NCBI GenBank assembly: GCA_001563335.1
Contig: LRSL01000024.1
Span: 1 to 59,167, forward strand
Direction: 5' to 3'
DNA from: Candidatus Thorarchaeota archaeon SMTZ1-45
GTDB lineage: Archaea; Asgardarchaeota; Thorarchaeia; Thorarchaeales; Thorarchaeaceae
DNA: 59,167 bases
Shown here piece after piece: positions 1 through 9,486 of the stretch (position 1 is the stretch's first letter; each line of letters begins with the position of its first letter). A program made the translations under genes and the position numbers. The notes under the pieces are model-generated. The model searched no databases and was not told the origin of the DNA. It worked only from the letters and a program-made list of their open reading frames with translations.

Positions 1-229
1 CTTTGGCAATGCCATATCGTGTGCTGAGTCGCTCTATCTTTACTCGATTGACTGATGCTGTATGCTGAAGGAGCTTGAGGATTCGCTCCTCAGCTGTCTT
101 TTGGGCCATGGTGACAAATGGTCGTGACACCTTCAGATCCTTAGCAATCTCTGAGGGTTTCTCCTTCTGGCGACGCCTGAGCCAGATGAGTCCCTGTTGC
201 TTTGTCGGATATCGAAGGTATCTGAACAT
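1..229 (-). CDS. HTH DNA-binding protein, truncated at window edge
   Basis: Manual translation (not in ORF track): MFRYLRYPTKQQGLIWLRRRQKEKPSEIAKDLKVSRPFVTMAQKTAEERILKLL...; SEIAKDLKVSRPFV is a typical helix-turn-helix. Confidence 0.75.
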   Translation of the reverse strand, partial: MFRYLRYPTKQQGLIWLRRRQKEKPSEIAKDLKVSRPFVTMAQKTAEERILKLLQHTASVNRVKIERLSTRYGIAK

Positions 230-370
230 TTCCTTGACCCTTCCGAGTTAACGCGAATACCTTAACAGAATTAACCTGAACTCTTGAACTATTTCGTAAT
301 AAGTCCTTCGGTAGTCCAGAAACGTGGTAAGAGAGTCCTTGAGTTATTCCATCAGGAGCCCTGGAGCTGA

Positions 371-2122
371 TTGAGCACGAAAAGAGAGACACTTCTCCAA
401 AGAGGCAGAAAGGTGCTTAAAAACACGGAAGTGAAACAACTTCTTGAGAGGTTGTCGGAGGAGAATGAGGAGAATCGTATGAGTGTAGAGTCTGCTGAGG
501 ACGATGGGATGGATGAAGATGAATCAACTGAGCAGTTCTTGACTCGCGGAGAGTCCAGACTCAAACTCTGGATACCTCAGGTTAATGGGAAGCAGTTGGA
601 GTCCGTTGAGCAGGTGGAGAAGCTGGTGAAGGAGTGGTACCCCGGTTTCATGAAACACAAGGAATATCCCAAGTATCTACGACAGGCAAGGCTCCATCTC
701 GAGCTGGTGAAGCGGTTTCAGGAGGAGGAGTTGAAGCGCGGGGACATCGCCCGAATTGCTAAAGAAACAGGGCAGTCCCCCGTGACCGTCAAACGATGGC
801 TCATCGAGGGGGCAAAGCCCCGAGTCTACCACTATCTCAACCGGAACCCACTGGATGATCGGACCGAGCGGGTGACCAAGATTCTTGATTCACTGAACGG
901 TGTCATCGACATGGAAACACTTGAACAGCGGCTCAGGACACTCTATCTTTATAGTGCTCTAGAGCAGTCGAAGAAGCATGCCGAGAATCTAGAACGTGCA
1001 AAGCTGTTCTTCCAGTTCCTAGAGGAGTATGCACAGGGTGGGATTTTGAAGAGTATCGCAAAACGAATGAAGATTGGGAAAAGTACAATCTCAGAGTGGT
1101 TCAACGGTTCCCAACTACCCACTTACATCCGGATAGCTGTGGAAATACCAAGTAATCAGCCAGATATTGGCAGAAAGTGGTTACCTCTGCGGTTGAACTC
1201 CCAGACTAATCTTCCTGAGCAGTTCATCCAAGTTCCAGACACTGTAACATCCGAGGAGGACCTCCTTTCTGTTTTACGGCAGGTTCAGAGTCTTGACACA
1301 CCACAGATGAGAGAATTTGAGAAGGGTTATGGGAAAGAGCCTACACCTCTATCTTTCATGTATCTCCTAGGACTCATATTGTCTGACGGAGGGTTTGACT
1401 CGGACTCAGACCTTTCAGCAAGGGTTGTTTTGTACGCGTCCAAGAAATATTCGTGGAATCTAAGGTTGGGTAGGGGATTCTCATATGCAATGGGAAAGGT
1501 AGGCTTAAACGTTGTGAGAAGAGCTGATTCCACCAAAATCCGGGATGGTGAAACCACTGTGTTCAATGTGTGGGGCAGTCAAGCAAGTCCACTCCTTCGT
1601 TGGGTCAAGGAGGTGTTGTTTGGACTAGGACCATCCTTGATGAAGAAGCAGAATCCTATTGAAGCTGATTGGATTCTGAATTTACCCCATGACTATCGGG
1701 TTGCATTCTTACAGGGTCTGGCAGATGGGGATGGGTATGCATCAATCCGCTCATTCAATGCAGGCATTGCAACATTAACCAATCATACATTCCTCAATAG
1801 GCTTCTCAACACCTTCAACATCTTTCCAACAATCGAAAAGTCGAAGGTTAGAATCGGTCGGTATGATGACATTCTGAAGGTTAGTAAGTTACCATTGTTC
1901 AAACATGCAAATGAACGTCAAGTACAACTAGATGAACTTTCCAAGATAATTGGTTTGCTGGATAGGAGTTATGGAAAGGTTCCCAAAGAGGAAATAGAAA
2001 TCATAATGGAGATGCACGACCAAGGTATGTCTTGTGGAGAAATAACTGAGAGTCTTTGGATTAATCATGGAATAGCCAGATCGAGGAGGAGTGTTGAGGG
2101 AATAATCAAACGTCGGAAGTGA
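371..2122 (+). CDS. Free-standing double-motif LAGLIDADG endonuclease-like protein with multiple HTH domains
   Basis: Motifs YLLGLILSDGG and FLQGLADGDG; HTH-like IARIAKETGQSPVTVKRWL, LKSIAKRMKIGKSTISEWF and C-terminal GMSCGEITESL...RSRRSVEGII; no intein splice motifs seen. Confidence 0.8.
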   Translation: MSTKRETLLQRGRKVLKNTEVKQLLERLSEENEENRMSVESAEDDGMDEDESTEQFLTRGESRLKLWIPQVNGKQLESVEQVEKLVKEWYPGFMKHKEYPKYLRQARLHLELVKRFQEEELKRGDIARIAKETGQSPVTVKRWLIEGAKPRVYHYLNRNPLDDRTERVTKILDSLNGVIDMETLEQRLRTLYLYSALEQSKKHAENLERAKLFFQFLEEYAQGGILKSIAKRMKIGKSTISEWFNGSQLPTYIRIAVEIPSNQPDIGRKWLPLRLNSQTNLPEQFIQVPDTVTSEEDLLSVLRQVQSLDTPQMREFEKGYGKEPTPLSFMYLLGLILSDGGFDSDSDLSARVVLYASKKYSWNLRLGRGFSYAMGKVGLNVVRRADSTKIRDGETTVFNVWGSQASPLLRWVKEVLFGLGPSLMKKQNPIEADWILNLPHDYRVAFLQGLADGDGYASIRSFNAGIATLTNHTFLNRLLNTFNIFPTIEKSKVRIGRYDDILKVSKLPLFKHANERQVQLDELSKIIGLLDRSYGKVPKEEIEIIMEMHDQGMSCGEITESLWINHGIARSRRSVEGIIKRRK

Positions 2123-2187
2123 ACCATTAGAAGAGTTAATAAACCTCACAAGGCGAGGGGAGTCATCCTTTACATGGGTGATACTTG

Positions 2188-2391
2188 ATGCCAAAGACCG
2201 CGAAAAAGAGAAGAAAGAAACGTGGGGAAGGGCCCATGCCTTCGGGAGGCGCTGGATTAATTCGTTTCTTCGAAGACGAGACGCCAGGCATCAAAGTAGG
2301 ACCAACGCTAGTTGTCATCCTGTCAGCCATGCTTTTAATTGCTACAGTGGTTGCACATATTGCAGCGTTGGCAGCTTCATCAGGATCATAA
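2188..2391 (+). CDS. secG: Protein translocase subunit Sec61-beta
   Basis: Basic N-terminus, AGLIRFFEDETPGIKVGP motif, single C-terminal TM. Confidence 0.92.
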   Translation: MPKTAKKRRKKRGEGPMPSGGAGLIRFFEDETPGIKVGPTLVVILSAMLLIATVVAHIAALAASSGS

Positions 2392-2477
2392 TTCTGAACC
2401 TGAGTTCAGAAAGAACATGCCCTAATGATTATAAAGGACTCTAGGCCGTTTGGCACGGCCAGGATTGGTGACCGTCA

Positions 2478-2759
2478 ATGAAGGTAAAGAGTGAACTGAA
2501 CAAATACTGTCCCCGGTGTAAGAAACACACTGTTCATGTCATTTCAATTGGAAAAGCAGGGAAAAGACGAAGCTTGTCTCAAGGTGAACGAAGGATGAAA
2601 AAGAAGACCCGGGGATATGGGTCATTTCCAAAGCCAATCCAGAAAAGGTTTGCAAAGACAACAAAGAAGACTGTCCTGAAGTTCAAATGTAGGGATTGTG
2701 AACATACAATCCAGACCAAGGGCATGCGACTAAAGAAAGTCGAAGTTCAAAGAGCGTAG
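2478..2759 (+). CDS. rpl44e: 50S ribosomal protein L44e
   Basis: YCPRCKKHT, AKTTKKTVLKFKC; operon context. Confidence 0.97.
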   Translation: MKVKSELNKYCPRCKKHTVHVISIGKAGKRRSLSQGERRMKKKTRGYGSFPKPIQKRFAKTTKKTVLKFKCRDCEHTIQTKGMRLKKVEVQRA

Positions 2760-2762
2760 GTG

Positions 2763-2969
2763 ATGAATTTGCCAAAAGGTGATATTGTTCAACAACCAAG
2801 GTCGCGTTTCCTCAAGGTAAAATGTCTTGACTGTGAGAATGAACAGATTATTTTTGGACATGCTACCACAGAGGTAAAATGCCTGAAGTGCGATAAGGTA
2901 TTGGCAAGACCCAGCGGTGGTAAAGCAAAGCTAGAGCCAACTGCAAGAGAGATTGAAGTACTTCCATAG
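2763..2969 (+). CDS. rps27e: 30S ribosomal protein S27e
   Basis: PRSRFLKVKCLDC...C..C..LARPSGGKA. Confidence 0.97.
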   Translation: MNLPKGDIVQQPRSRFLKVKCLDCENEQIIFGHATTEVKCLKCDKVLARPSGGKAKLEPTAREIEVLP

Positions 2970-2981
2970 GGAGTAGAGAGA

Positions 2982-3776
2982 ATGGTCCTGAAACGTGCTG
3001 AGTGGCCGCAATCGGATGATTTCGCCATTGCAGTGGCCACCAAAGTGGCAAACTATGGTGCCTATGTCATTCTACCTGAATATGGTGACAAAGAGGGTTT
3101 CATCCACATCTCAGAGATAAGCAGCACATGGGTCAGGAACATTCGCAATCATATCCATGAAAATCAGCGTGTTGTGGTCAAGATCTTGAATGTAGATCCT
3201 GAAAAGATGCACATTGATTGTTCTCTACGGAGAGTATCTGCAGAAACCAAGAGAAGCAAGAATAACGAGTGGAAACGTGCACAGAAAGCTGAGAAACTTC
3301 TTGAGCTCATTGCTAAGGAGAATGGCATGTCTCTTGAGGAAGTCTACGAAAAGATTGGTTGGCCGATTGAGGACGAATTTGGAGAAATCTACAAGGGACT
3401 TGAGCGTGCGGCTGATGGCGATGTGGACGTCTTTGAGAATGTAGCAGCTACAAAGAAGCTACGAAAGCAGGTTGCGGATCTTGCAAAGCAGAGAATTGAG
3501 ATACCATTTGTGGAGATTGATGGAGAGATTACAATTACAGTCCCAGGTCCCAATGGAATTGATGTAATCAAAAAGGCCTTGTCGGAGGGCTTGGAAGAGG
3601 GAAAGAAACGAGAAAAATCCACGACTGAAATATACACTCTTGGCTCACCACGATATAAGCTTAGGATAGTCAGTCCTGACTACAAAGAAGCTGAAGACTT
3701 ACTCTCAGACATTCTTGGACTAATCACAAAGACTGTAGAGAGTGGCTCAGGTACTATTAGTTTTGTAAAGAAGTAG
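2982..3776 (+). CDS. eif2a: Translation initiation factor 2 alpha subunit
   Basis: S1 domain EGFIHISEIS..WVRNIR, IDCSLRRV, GSPRYKL. Confidence 0.97.
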   Translation: MVLKRAEWPQSDDFAIAVATKVANYGAYVILPEYGDKEGFIHISEISSTWVRNIRNHIHENQRVVVKILNVDPEKMHIDCSLRRVSAETKRSKNNEWKRAQKAEKLLELIAKENGMSLEEVYEKIGWPIEDEFGEIYKGLERAADGDVDVFENVAATKKLRKQVADLAKQRIEIPFVEIDGEITITVPGPNGIDVIKKALSEGLEEGKKREKSTTEIYTLGSPRYKLRIVSPDYKEAEDLLSDILGLITKTVESGSGTISFVKK

Positions 3777-3785
3777 GGGTCTATA

Positions 3786-3956
3786 ATGACACACCTGTTC
3801 AAGTGTAGCAAGTGTGGACAATACACGCTTGAGCAGAATAAATGTCCCAAATGCGGAGGACCAGTTTCAAGTCCAAAACCATCCAGGTATAGTCCTCAGG
3901 ACAAATATGGGGAGTATCGTAGGAAAGCAAAACGTAAGTCACAACAGCTCTCTTAG
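3786..3956 (+). CDS. nop10: H/ACA RNP protein Nop10
   Basis: Manual translation, 56 aa: MTHLFKCSKCGQYTLEQNKCPKCGG...PSRYSPQDKYGEYRRKAK; canonical position after aIF2a. Confidence 0.95.
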   Translation: MTHLFKCSKCGQYTLEQNKCPKCGGPVSSPKPSRYSPQDKYGEYRRKAKRKSQQLS

Positions 3957-4026
3957 TAACTCTTACTTCATTGAAAGAACAGAACTTGGCGATTGATTCT
4001 AAAACCAACCGCCAATCTTTGTATCT

Positions 4027-6771
4027 CTAATGCAATTCGACTGGGACCCAGAATGTACTCCAGTTTCCAGTGAAAGAGGGCTCACCATAGTTTACATTGT
4101 TCCACCAGAGTAGCCTAATCTGATAGTTCATTCCTGGTGTCATTGGGAGGTCTTGAGGGTCTCCTCCGTTCAGAGGCACCACAAATTCAATCACATTGTT
4201 ACCAGTGGCAAATTCTGACGAGTTTGTTCCAGTAGAGTCTTCAGCCCATGTGCCATCGTATCGAATGTGTCCATCAAAGTCTTGACCATTGTAATTCACA
4301 ATACGAAGATCAGACTTGAGTGGCTCGTTCAATGGCGCGATCTGAAGACCAATCGCATCGTCACCTAGGGTGTAGTTGTCCATTTGAATCCCATAATACA
4401 TGTGGGTGGAATTAGACTGTGTGTACACCCTGGCTTCATAGCCACCACCAAATGACACAGTATAGCTTGGAAAGTCTGTTTCAGATTCACTAAGACTGCC
4501 ATCAATATTCATGTCCAAGGATTCATCTGAAAGGCCAAGATTCCACTCAGCTCCTGTGCGGTTCAGCCACTGCTCGTACATTGTGTAATCAATCGCATAG
4601 ATTTTGACAATACCATAGCCTGAGCTGTAGTATGGTTCAGAGAAAGCACCATAGAGTGAAACAGGCATGTGTGATATCCATTCATTGTCATTCCATAGAA
4701 TCTGATCAGCACCCATGCGGGCCTCTGTAAGGCCCATTATTTGAGCCTCATCTTGATTCCTCGGCTCTCCATATACCATTAGCTTGAACAGTGTGGACTG
4801 GTAGAAAGGCTCGAGAGTCCTATCACTGCTGTCTAGATAGGTTGCATCGTCAATGACATCCTTGCCAAGCTTGTCCTCTGCAATTCTGACCATCCAAGGC
4901 CATTTTCCTTCGTCACCACCGAAACCTGAGTAGCGGTGGCCAAAGTAAATTAGAACATGTGTGGCATTCCAGCTCTTGAATGTCTTGAGAGACTCTGTGA
5001 GGTTGAGCGCCATGAGTGCATAACCCATCTTAGCTATTTGCGTAGCATTGAACGTCGCATTATCCACTATTGTCATTTTTTCAGTCGCGCCATTTATCCA
5101 ATATCCATAGTCCCACCAGCTGGCTATTATTGCGTCATCAGGCAAGACATTGCGAATGTATGTCATTGCGGTTTGCCAGTCAGTAGCTTGGGAAACTTGT
5201 GAGAGATCTGCTTGCGCAAATTCTGGGTTTCCAACCTGCATTTGAACATATTGGACCCCGAGTATGATATTGACTGATAGTAGTAACCCAACAAATGCAA
5301 AAGCAGTCAAAGCATGTTCTGAGGTGAGTGATGAACTCATCCTAAACCTTCTTCTTTCAAATACTGACTTCTGAGTGACTACCTTGGCGAAAGGTGTGAG
5401 AATATTGTAAGATGCAACAGCAGCAAGGATTGCTACTCCAGGCGCTAAGATAAGATTTAGACGAATCATGCTGCCTGCGAAATAAACTGAAGTTAGGCCA
5501 TAAAGAAGCATCAACCAGTCTTCGTCACGACCTCTCTTGAACAGGAAGTACATTCCAAGTGGGAAGAAGAATATCAAGATCAATAGAATATTGTAGAAGC
5601 TTCCCCATGGACTTGGAAGATGTTCAGCAACTGATGCAAGTATTCTCTGATCAAGACGAACAAAAGGATTGATTACTGTAAGAAACTTGGAACCAAGCCG
5701 AATTACAGGATTTGAGTTGTATGGAGTGATTTCAAGCTCCATTCCACTAGTATACAACAAGTAGGCACCTACGCCAACAAGGGGCACAAATAGACCTGTT
5801 AGGATTGGTTTGATATGAGGTGCTAATGCTGTTGCAGTCGTTTCACGATATCCCCCAATCCTCAGCCAAATCTCATATCCTACTAATAATATTCCAACAC
5901 CAACAGGGGCTAGAACCGAGAAATCGCTCAGGCTTTCAAAGCCGTTTCGTGGAATTAGCGCTCCGATAAAAATACCCAGTGATATTGTCAAAACAAATGT
6001 TGTTAGTAATCGTCGGCTATATCGTCCCATCACTAGCATGATGAAACCATATAATGCAAGGAGACCCAACATGAACTCCGATGCACCCCAAGACACCTGC
6101 AAATATCCAAGTGCAAGACCAGCACCAATAGATGCTGGGATTGAACCACGTTTCAGTCCACGCATGAATAGAAATGTGGCCAGTACAATGGCAAAGACTC
6201 CAATGCACTCGTTATCGTAGAAACCTGCAATTGTTCTTGTTATGAAAGCTGGAATGAACGCAGTGAAAACCCCTGCAAAGAGACCAACTGTGTTGTTTGA
6301 GAGCTCTCTTCCGAGGAAAAAGGCAACAATTGCAGTAAGGGCGCCCATGAAGGCTGGCATGAGTAGAGATACTGTAAGAACATCAACTTGGATTCCAATT
6401 CCATTCAGAATGAAGTAGAAGAACGCACTTGTGAAAGGCACTCCAACATAACTCGTCAGAGCCATATCACGACCAAAGGGAACCCAGGTGGTTTCATCAT
6501 ACCATGTGAAGAAAGCACCATATCCATTCTCGGCAATGTAATCTGTCACTTTAAGCTGGAACCAGGGGTCAAATGCACGAACGATTGGCTGAGCATTAAA
6601 CAGAGGTTCAACACGTAGCAAGAGTGCTGATGTGAATATTATTAGAAGTGTCACAATAAGCATTATTGAGCCACGTGAGATCTTTGATTTTGGTCTATGG
6701 AATGCTCTCCGTAGAAATCTTCCAGTGGACCTTTTGAACTTGCCAAACGACATGTAGGATGCAGTCTCCAA
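4027..6771 (-). CDS. aglB: Oligosaccharyltransferase catalytic subunit AglB/STT3
   Basis: FDPWF, DNE, SVAEH, WWDYG and DEGKWPWM motifs; many TM helices; start may be ATG at 6753. Confidence 0.95.
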   Translation of the reverse strand: METASYMSFGKFKRSTGRFLRRAFHRPKSKISRGSIMLIVTLLIIFTSALLLRVEPLFNAQPIVRAFDPWFQLKVTDYIAENGYGAFFTWYDETTWVPFGRDMALTSYVGVPFTSAFFYFILNGIGIQVDVLTVSLLMPAFMGALTAIVAFFLGRELSNNTVGLFAGVFTAFIPAFITRTIAGFYDNECIGVFAIVLATFLFMRGLKRGSIPASIGAGLALGYLQVSWGASEFMLGLLALYGFIMLVMGRYSRRLLTTFVLTISLGIFIGALIPRNGFESLSDFSVLAPVGVGILLVGYEIWLRIGGYRETTATALAPHIKPILTGLFVPLVGVGAYLLYTSGMELEITPYNSNPVIRLGSKFLTVINPFVRLDQRILASVAEHLPSPWGSFYNILLILIFFFPLGMYFLFKRGRDEDWLMLLYGLTSVYFAGSMIRLNLILAPGVAILAAVASYNILTPFAKVVTQKSVFERRRFRMSSSLTSEHALTAFAFVGLLLSVNIILGVQYVQMQVGNPEFAQADLSQVSQATDWQTAMTYIRNVLPDDAIIASWWDYGYWINGATEKMTIVDNATFNATQIAKMGYALMALNLTESLKTFKSWNATHVLIYFGHRYSGFGGDEGKWPWMVRIAEDKLGKDVIDDATYLDSSDRTLEPFYQSTLFKLMVYGEPRNQDEAQIMGLTEARMGADQILWNDNEWISHMPVSLYGAFSEPYYSSGYGIVKIYAIDYTMYEQWLNRTGAEWNLGLSDESLDMNIDGSLSESETDFPSYTVSFGGGYEARVYTQSNSTHMYYGIQMDNYTLGDDAIGLQIAPLNEPLKSDLRIVNYNGQDFDGHIRYDGTWAEDSTGTNSSEFATGNNVIEFVVPLNGGDPQDLPMTPGMNYQIRLLWWNNVNYGEPSFTGNWSTFWVPVELH

Positions 6772-6878
6772 GCTGTTTCGAACTATCTGCAGCGATTTTT
6801 TGATGTGCTAAAAAGGTTGCTGTTAATTGTAAATTCGTCCTATACAAAAAATACGTTTAGGTGTAGGAAAAGAGGTAT

Positions 6879-6902
6879 GGAAAGGGGTGTGACCCCATTT
6901 CC
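6879..6902 (-). terminator. Bulged hairpin downstream of gcvH
   Basis: GGAAA-GGGGT-gtg-ACCCC-a-TTTCC followed on minus strand by pyrimidine/T tracts. Confidence 0.45.
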
Positions 6903-6929
6903 ATCGCTCTTTCGCTGATTCTATGGTAT

Positions 6930-7325
6930 CTAAAGGGACTCGATGAATTCCTTATATGCTGCTGCATCCATAAGGCCAGCCAAGTCAGCATCAAGGTTTG
7001 ATGGTTTGAGCTTGAACATCCAGCCTTTGCCATATGGATCTTCATTTACTATCTCCGGAGCATCTTCCAGTTCCTTATTCACTTCGACAATCTCACCACC
7101 CACCGGTGAAAAGATGTCTGATGATGCCTTCATGGATTCGACAAGCCCACACTCACTGTTGGCTTCTAAAACAGTACCAACTTCAGAGATCTCTACAAAA
7201 GTGATCTCATGGAGCGAGTTCTGAGCAAAGTCTGTTATACCGACAACGACCAGGTCGCCCTCGACTTTTATCCATTCGTGGTCCTTGCTATATTTTCTAT
7301 CGTCCTTAACATCGGTGTCACTCAT
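6930..7325 (-). CDS. gcvH: Glycine cleavage system H protein
   Basis: YSKDHEW, VGITDFAQ, lipoyl motif VESMKAS, NEDPYGKGW. Confidence 0.96.
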   Translation of the reverse strand: MSDTDVKDDRKYSKDHEWIKVEGDLVVVGITDFAQNSLHEITFVEISEVGTVLEANSECGLVESMKASSDIFSPVGGEIVEVNKELEDAPEIVNEDPYGKGWMFKLKPSNLDADLAGLMDAAAYKEFIESL

Positions 7326-7375
7326 TAGGTCCACCTGCTCGCTGGGATGAGCTTATGCGGTTTAAATGAGTTTGG

Positions 7376-8524
7376 TTATTGGTTCCGAGAGGCTCCATAG
7401 ATATTAGGGTCATAGAATGGCCATTTTGTGACCTCTGCTTTTCTCATTCTTCCTTTGATATCAATCTCCACAGTATCACCTATGTTGACTGAACCAGGCT
7501 TAACATATGCTAGAGCAATTCCCTTGTCCAATATTGGTGATAGTCCCCCACTACTGACCACTCCAATTTCAACTCCATTGAAAGAAACTGGATACTGTTC
7601 CCTTGGAATTCCACGATCAATCATGACCAGACCGATTCGTGTCTTTCTAATGCCATCTTCATCCTTGTGCTGTTTTACAACATCATATCCAATGTAGTGT
7701 GGCTCTACCTTGAATTTCACTGCATACGGAATTTTGGCCTCAATTGGTGAGGTTTCCTCATCCAACTCGTGGCCATAAAGAACAAGTCCAGCCTCAAGTC
7801 TTGTTGAGTCTCTTGCTCCAAGACCACAGGGTTTTACTCCAAACTCCTCACCTTGCTTCAAAAGTTGATCCCAGAAAGAGATTGCTTTCTTCTTGCCCTC
7901 ATCGTTGAAAGGAGTGTCAAGGACGAGGATCTCTACGCCATCTTCGCCTGTATAGCCAGTTCTGCATAGGTAGCAATCATATCCAAGAAGTTTGACCCGA
8001 TAGCAAGAGAATCTGCTATAATCACGTATATTTCTGTCAGCAATCTTTTGAATGAGCTGAATTGCCATAGGACCCTGAACAGCAATCATAGTGATCTCTC
8101 GAGATTTATCGATAACTTCAACATCAAAAGTAGTTGAGTGTTTCATCAGATGACTATGTATTTTGGGTCCATTTGATGCATTTGTTATCCAAATATACTC
8201 ATCCTCTCCAACTCTGTAAAGAGTTAGGTCATCACGAGTTCCACCCAGCTCATTTAGGCATGTGGTATAATGACCTTCATTCACTTTCAATTTACTAACA
8301 TTATTCGTCGTAAGTGTCTGGAGGAACACCTGTGCCTGCGGCCCTTTGATAATAAAACGAAACATATGGCTAGTATCAAAAATTCCTACGGTGTTTCTTA
8401 CTGTCATGTGTTCCTCACGGATATCGGAGTACCGAACTGGCATCTCCCAACCAGCAAAGGGGATTACATCACCATGTTTAACATGCCAATCATAGAGATG
8501 CGTACGCTTTAGGTCGTCATTCAT
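7376..8524 (-). CDS. gcvT: Glycine cleavage system aminomethyltransferase T
   Basis: FAGWEMP, FDTSHM, RTGYTGEDG, GLGARDSTRLEAG. Confidence 0.96.
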   Translation of the reverse strand: MNDDLKRTHLYDWHVKHGDVIPFAGWEMPVRYSDIREEHMTVRNTVGIFDTSHMFRFIIKGPQAQVFLQTLTTNNVSKLKVNEGHYTTCLNELGGTRDDLTLYRVGEDEYIWITNASNGPKIHSHLMKHSTTFDVEVIDKSREITMIAVQGPMAIQLIQKIADRNIRDYSRFSCYRVKLLGYDCYLCRTGYTGEDGVEILVLDTPFNDEGKKKAISFWDQLLKQGEEFGVKPCGLGARDSTRLEAGLVLYGHELDEETSPIEAKIPYAVKFKVEPHYIGYDVVKQHKDEDGIRKTRIGLVMIDRGIPREQYPVSFNGVEIGVVSSGGLSPILDKGIALAYVKPGSVNIGDTVEIDIKGRMRKAEVTKWPFYDPNIYGASRNQ

Positions 8525-8622
8525 GCTAGAACACCGCTGAGGTTTTTCTCGTGATGTCTGAAGCTGATTCAGCTACCATTTTATTTCCTTCTATGGGGCT
8601 TTAGAGTAAGAGGTGTCTTCAC

Positions 8623-9468
8623 TTGAAACATATCAGAGATGTCAAGATAGGTGGACTGACGGTAGGATCAGGCAATCCTGTTCGTGTGATGAGTGTGGTC
8701 AATTTATCACCAGAATCATTCTACAAGGGATCCATTGCTGATAGTATTGATAAATTTCATGAGATGATAGAAACTGCATCGATGGAAGGAGCAGATATCA
8801 TTGACATTGGTGGTGCTTCTTCTGCTCCAAAGGAAGTTTATGGTACTTATGATATTTCAGTTGAGGAAGAGCTAAAGAGAGTGACCCAAGCACTTGACTC
8901 CATCAATGTTTCAAAGTATCCACCACTCTCAATTGACACAACATCATCGAAAGTTGCAGCGGCTGCATTGAATCTTGGCATTTCAATGGTTAATGACATT
9001 TCAGGACTACATGGTGATAGCAAGATGGCAGAGCTTGTTGCAGACCAAGACGTTCCTATTGTTCTGATGGCAAACTGTGGTATACCGTGTAAGGATATAG
9101 AGGCGTCTCTAGACTCTTTGAGGGATAGTCTTACTATTGCAGGAAGTGCAGGAATCAGAGAAGAGAACATAATCCTCGATCCTGGAATTGGTTTTGGAAA
9201 ACCTCCGGAGGTGGATGTTAAGATTCTCCAAGAATTGGACCTCTTTTTGAAACTTAATCACCCACTGCTTGTTGGTGTTTCAAGAAAGGCTTTCATTGGT
9301 CATTTGCTTGATGAAACAAATCCGGAAGACCGATTGATTGGTTCAATTGTAGCTACAGCTGTTGCAGTGATGAATGGAGCTGATGTCATTAGAACTCATG
9401 ATTTGAGAGAAACGAAGGTGGCGGTGCAGATGGGAGAAAACTTGCGTAAGTCACAAAGACATGATTAA
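8623..9468 (+). CDS. folP: Dihydropteroate synthase
   Basis: VVNLSPESFY, SIDT, ILDPGIGFGK, GVSRKAFIG, IRTHD. Confidence 0.93.
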   Translation: MKHIRDVKIGGLTVGSGNPVRVMSVVNLSPESFYKGSIADSIDKFHEMIETASMEGADIIDIGGASSAPKEVYGTYDISVEEELKRVTQALDSINVSKYPPLSIDTTSSKVAAAALNLGISMVNDISGLHGDSKMAELVADQDVPIVLMANCGIPCKDIEASLDSLRDSLTIAGSAGIREENIILDPGIGFGKPPEVDVKILQELDLFLKLNHPLLVGVSRKAFIGHLLDETNPEDRLIGSIVATAVAVMNGADVIRTHDLRETKVAVQMGENLRKSQRHD

Positions 9469-9486
9469 CTATTCTGGTGAGAGAAG

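Noticed and set aside
141-564. ORF-track minus ORFs 141-392 and 352-564
   Set aside because: Shadow frames; the HTH frame starting at 229 and the plus-strand 583-aa ORF explain the region
6879-6902. Hairpin as a SECIS element
   Set aside because: gcvH ends in TAG, has no internal UGA, and the stem lacks SECIS core motifs
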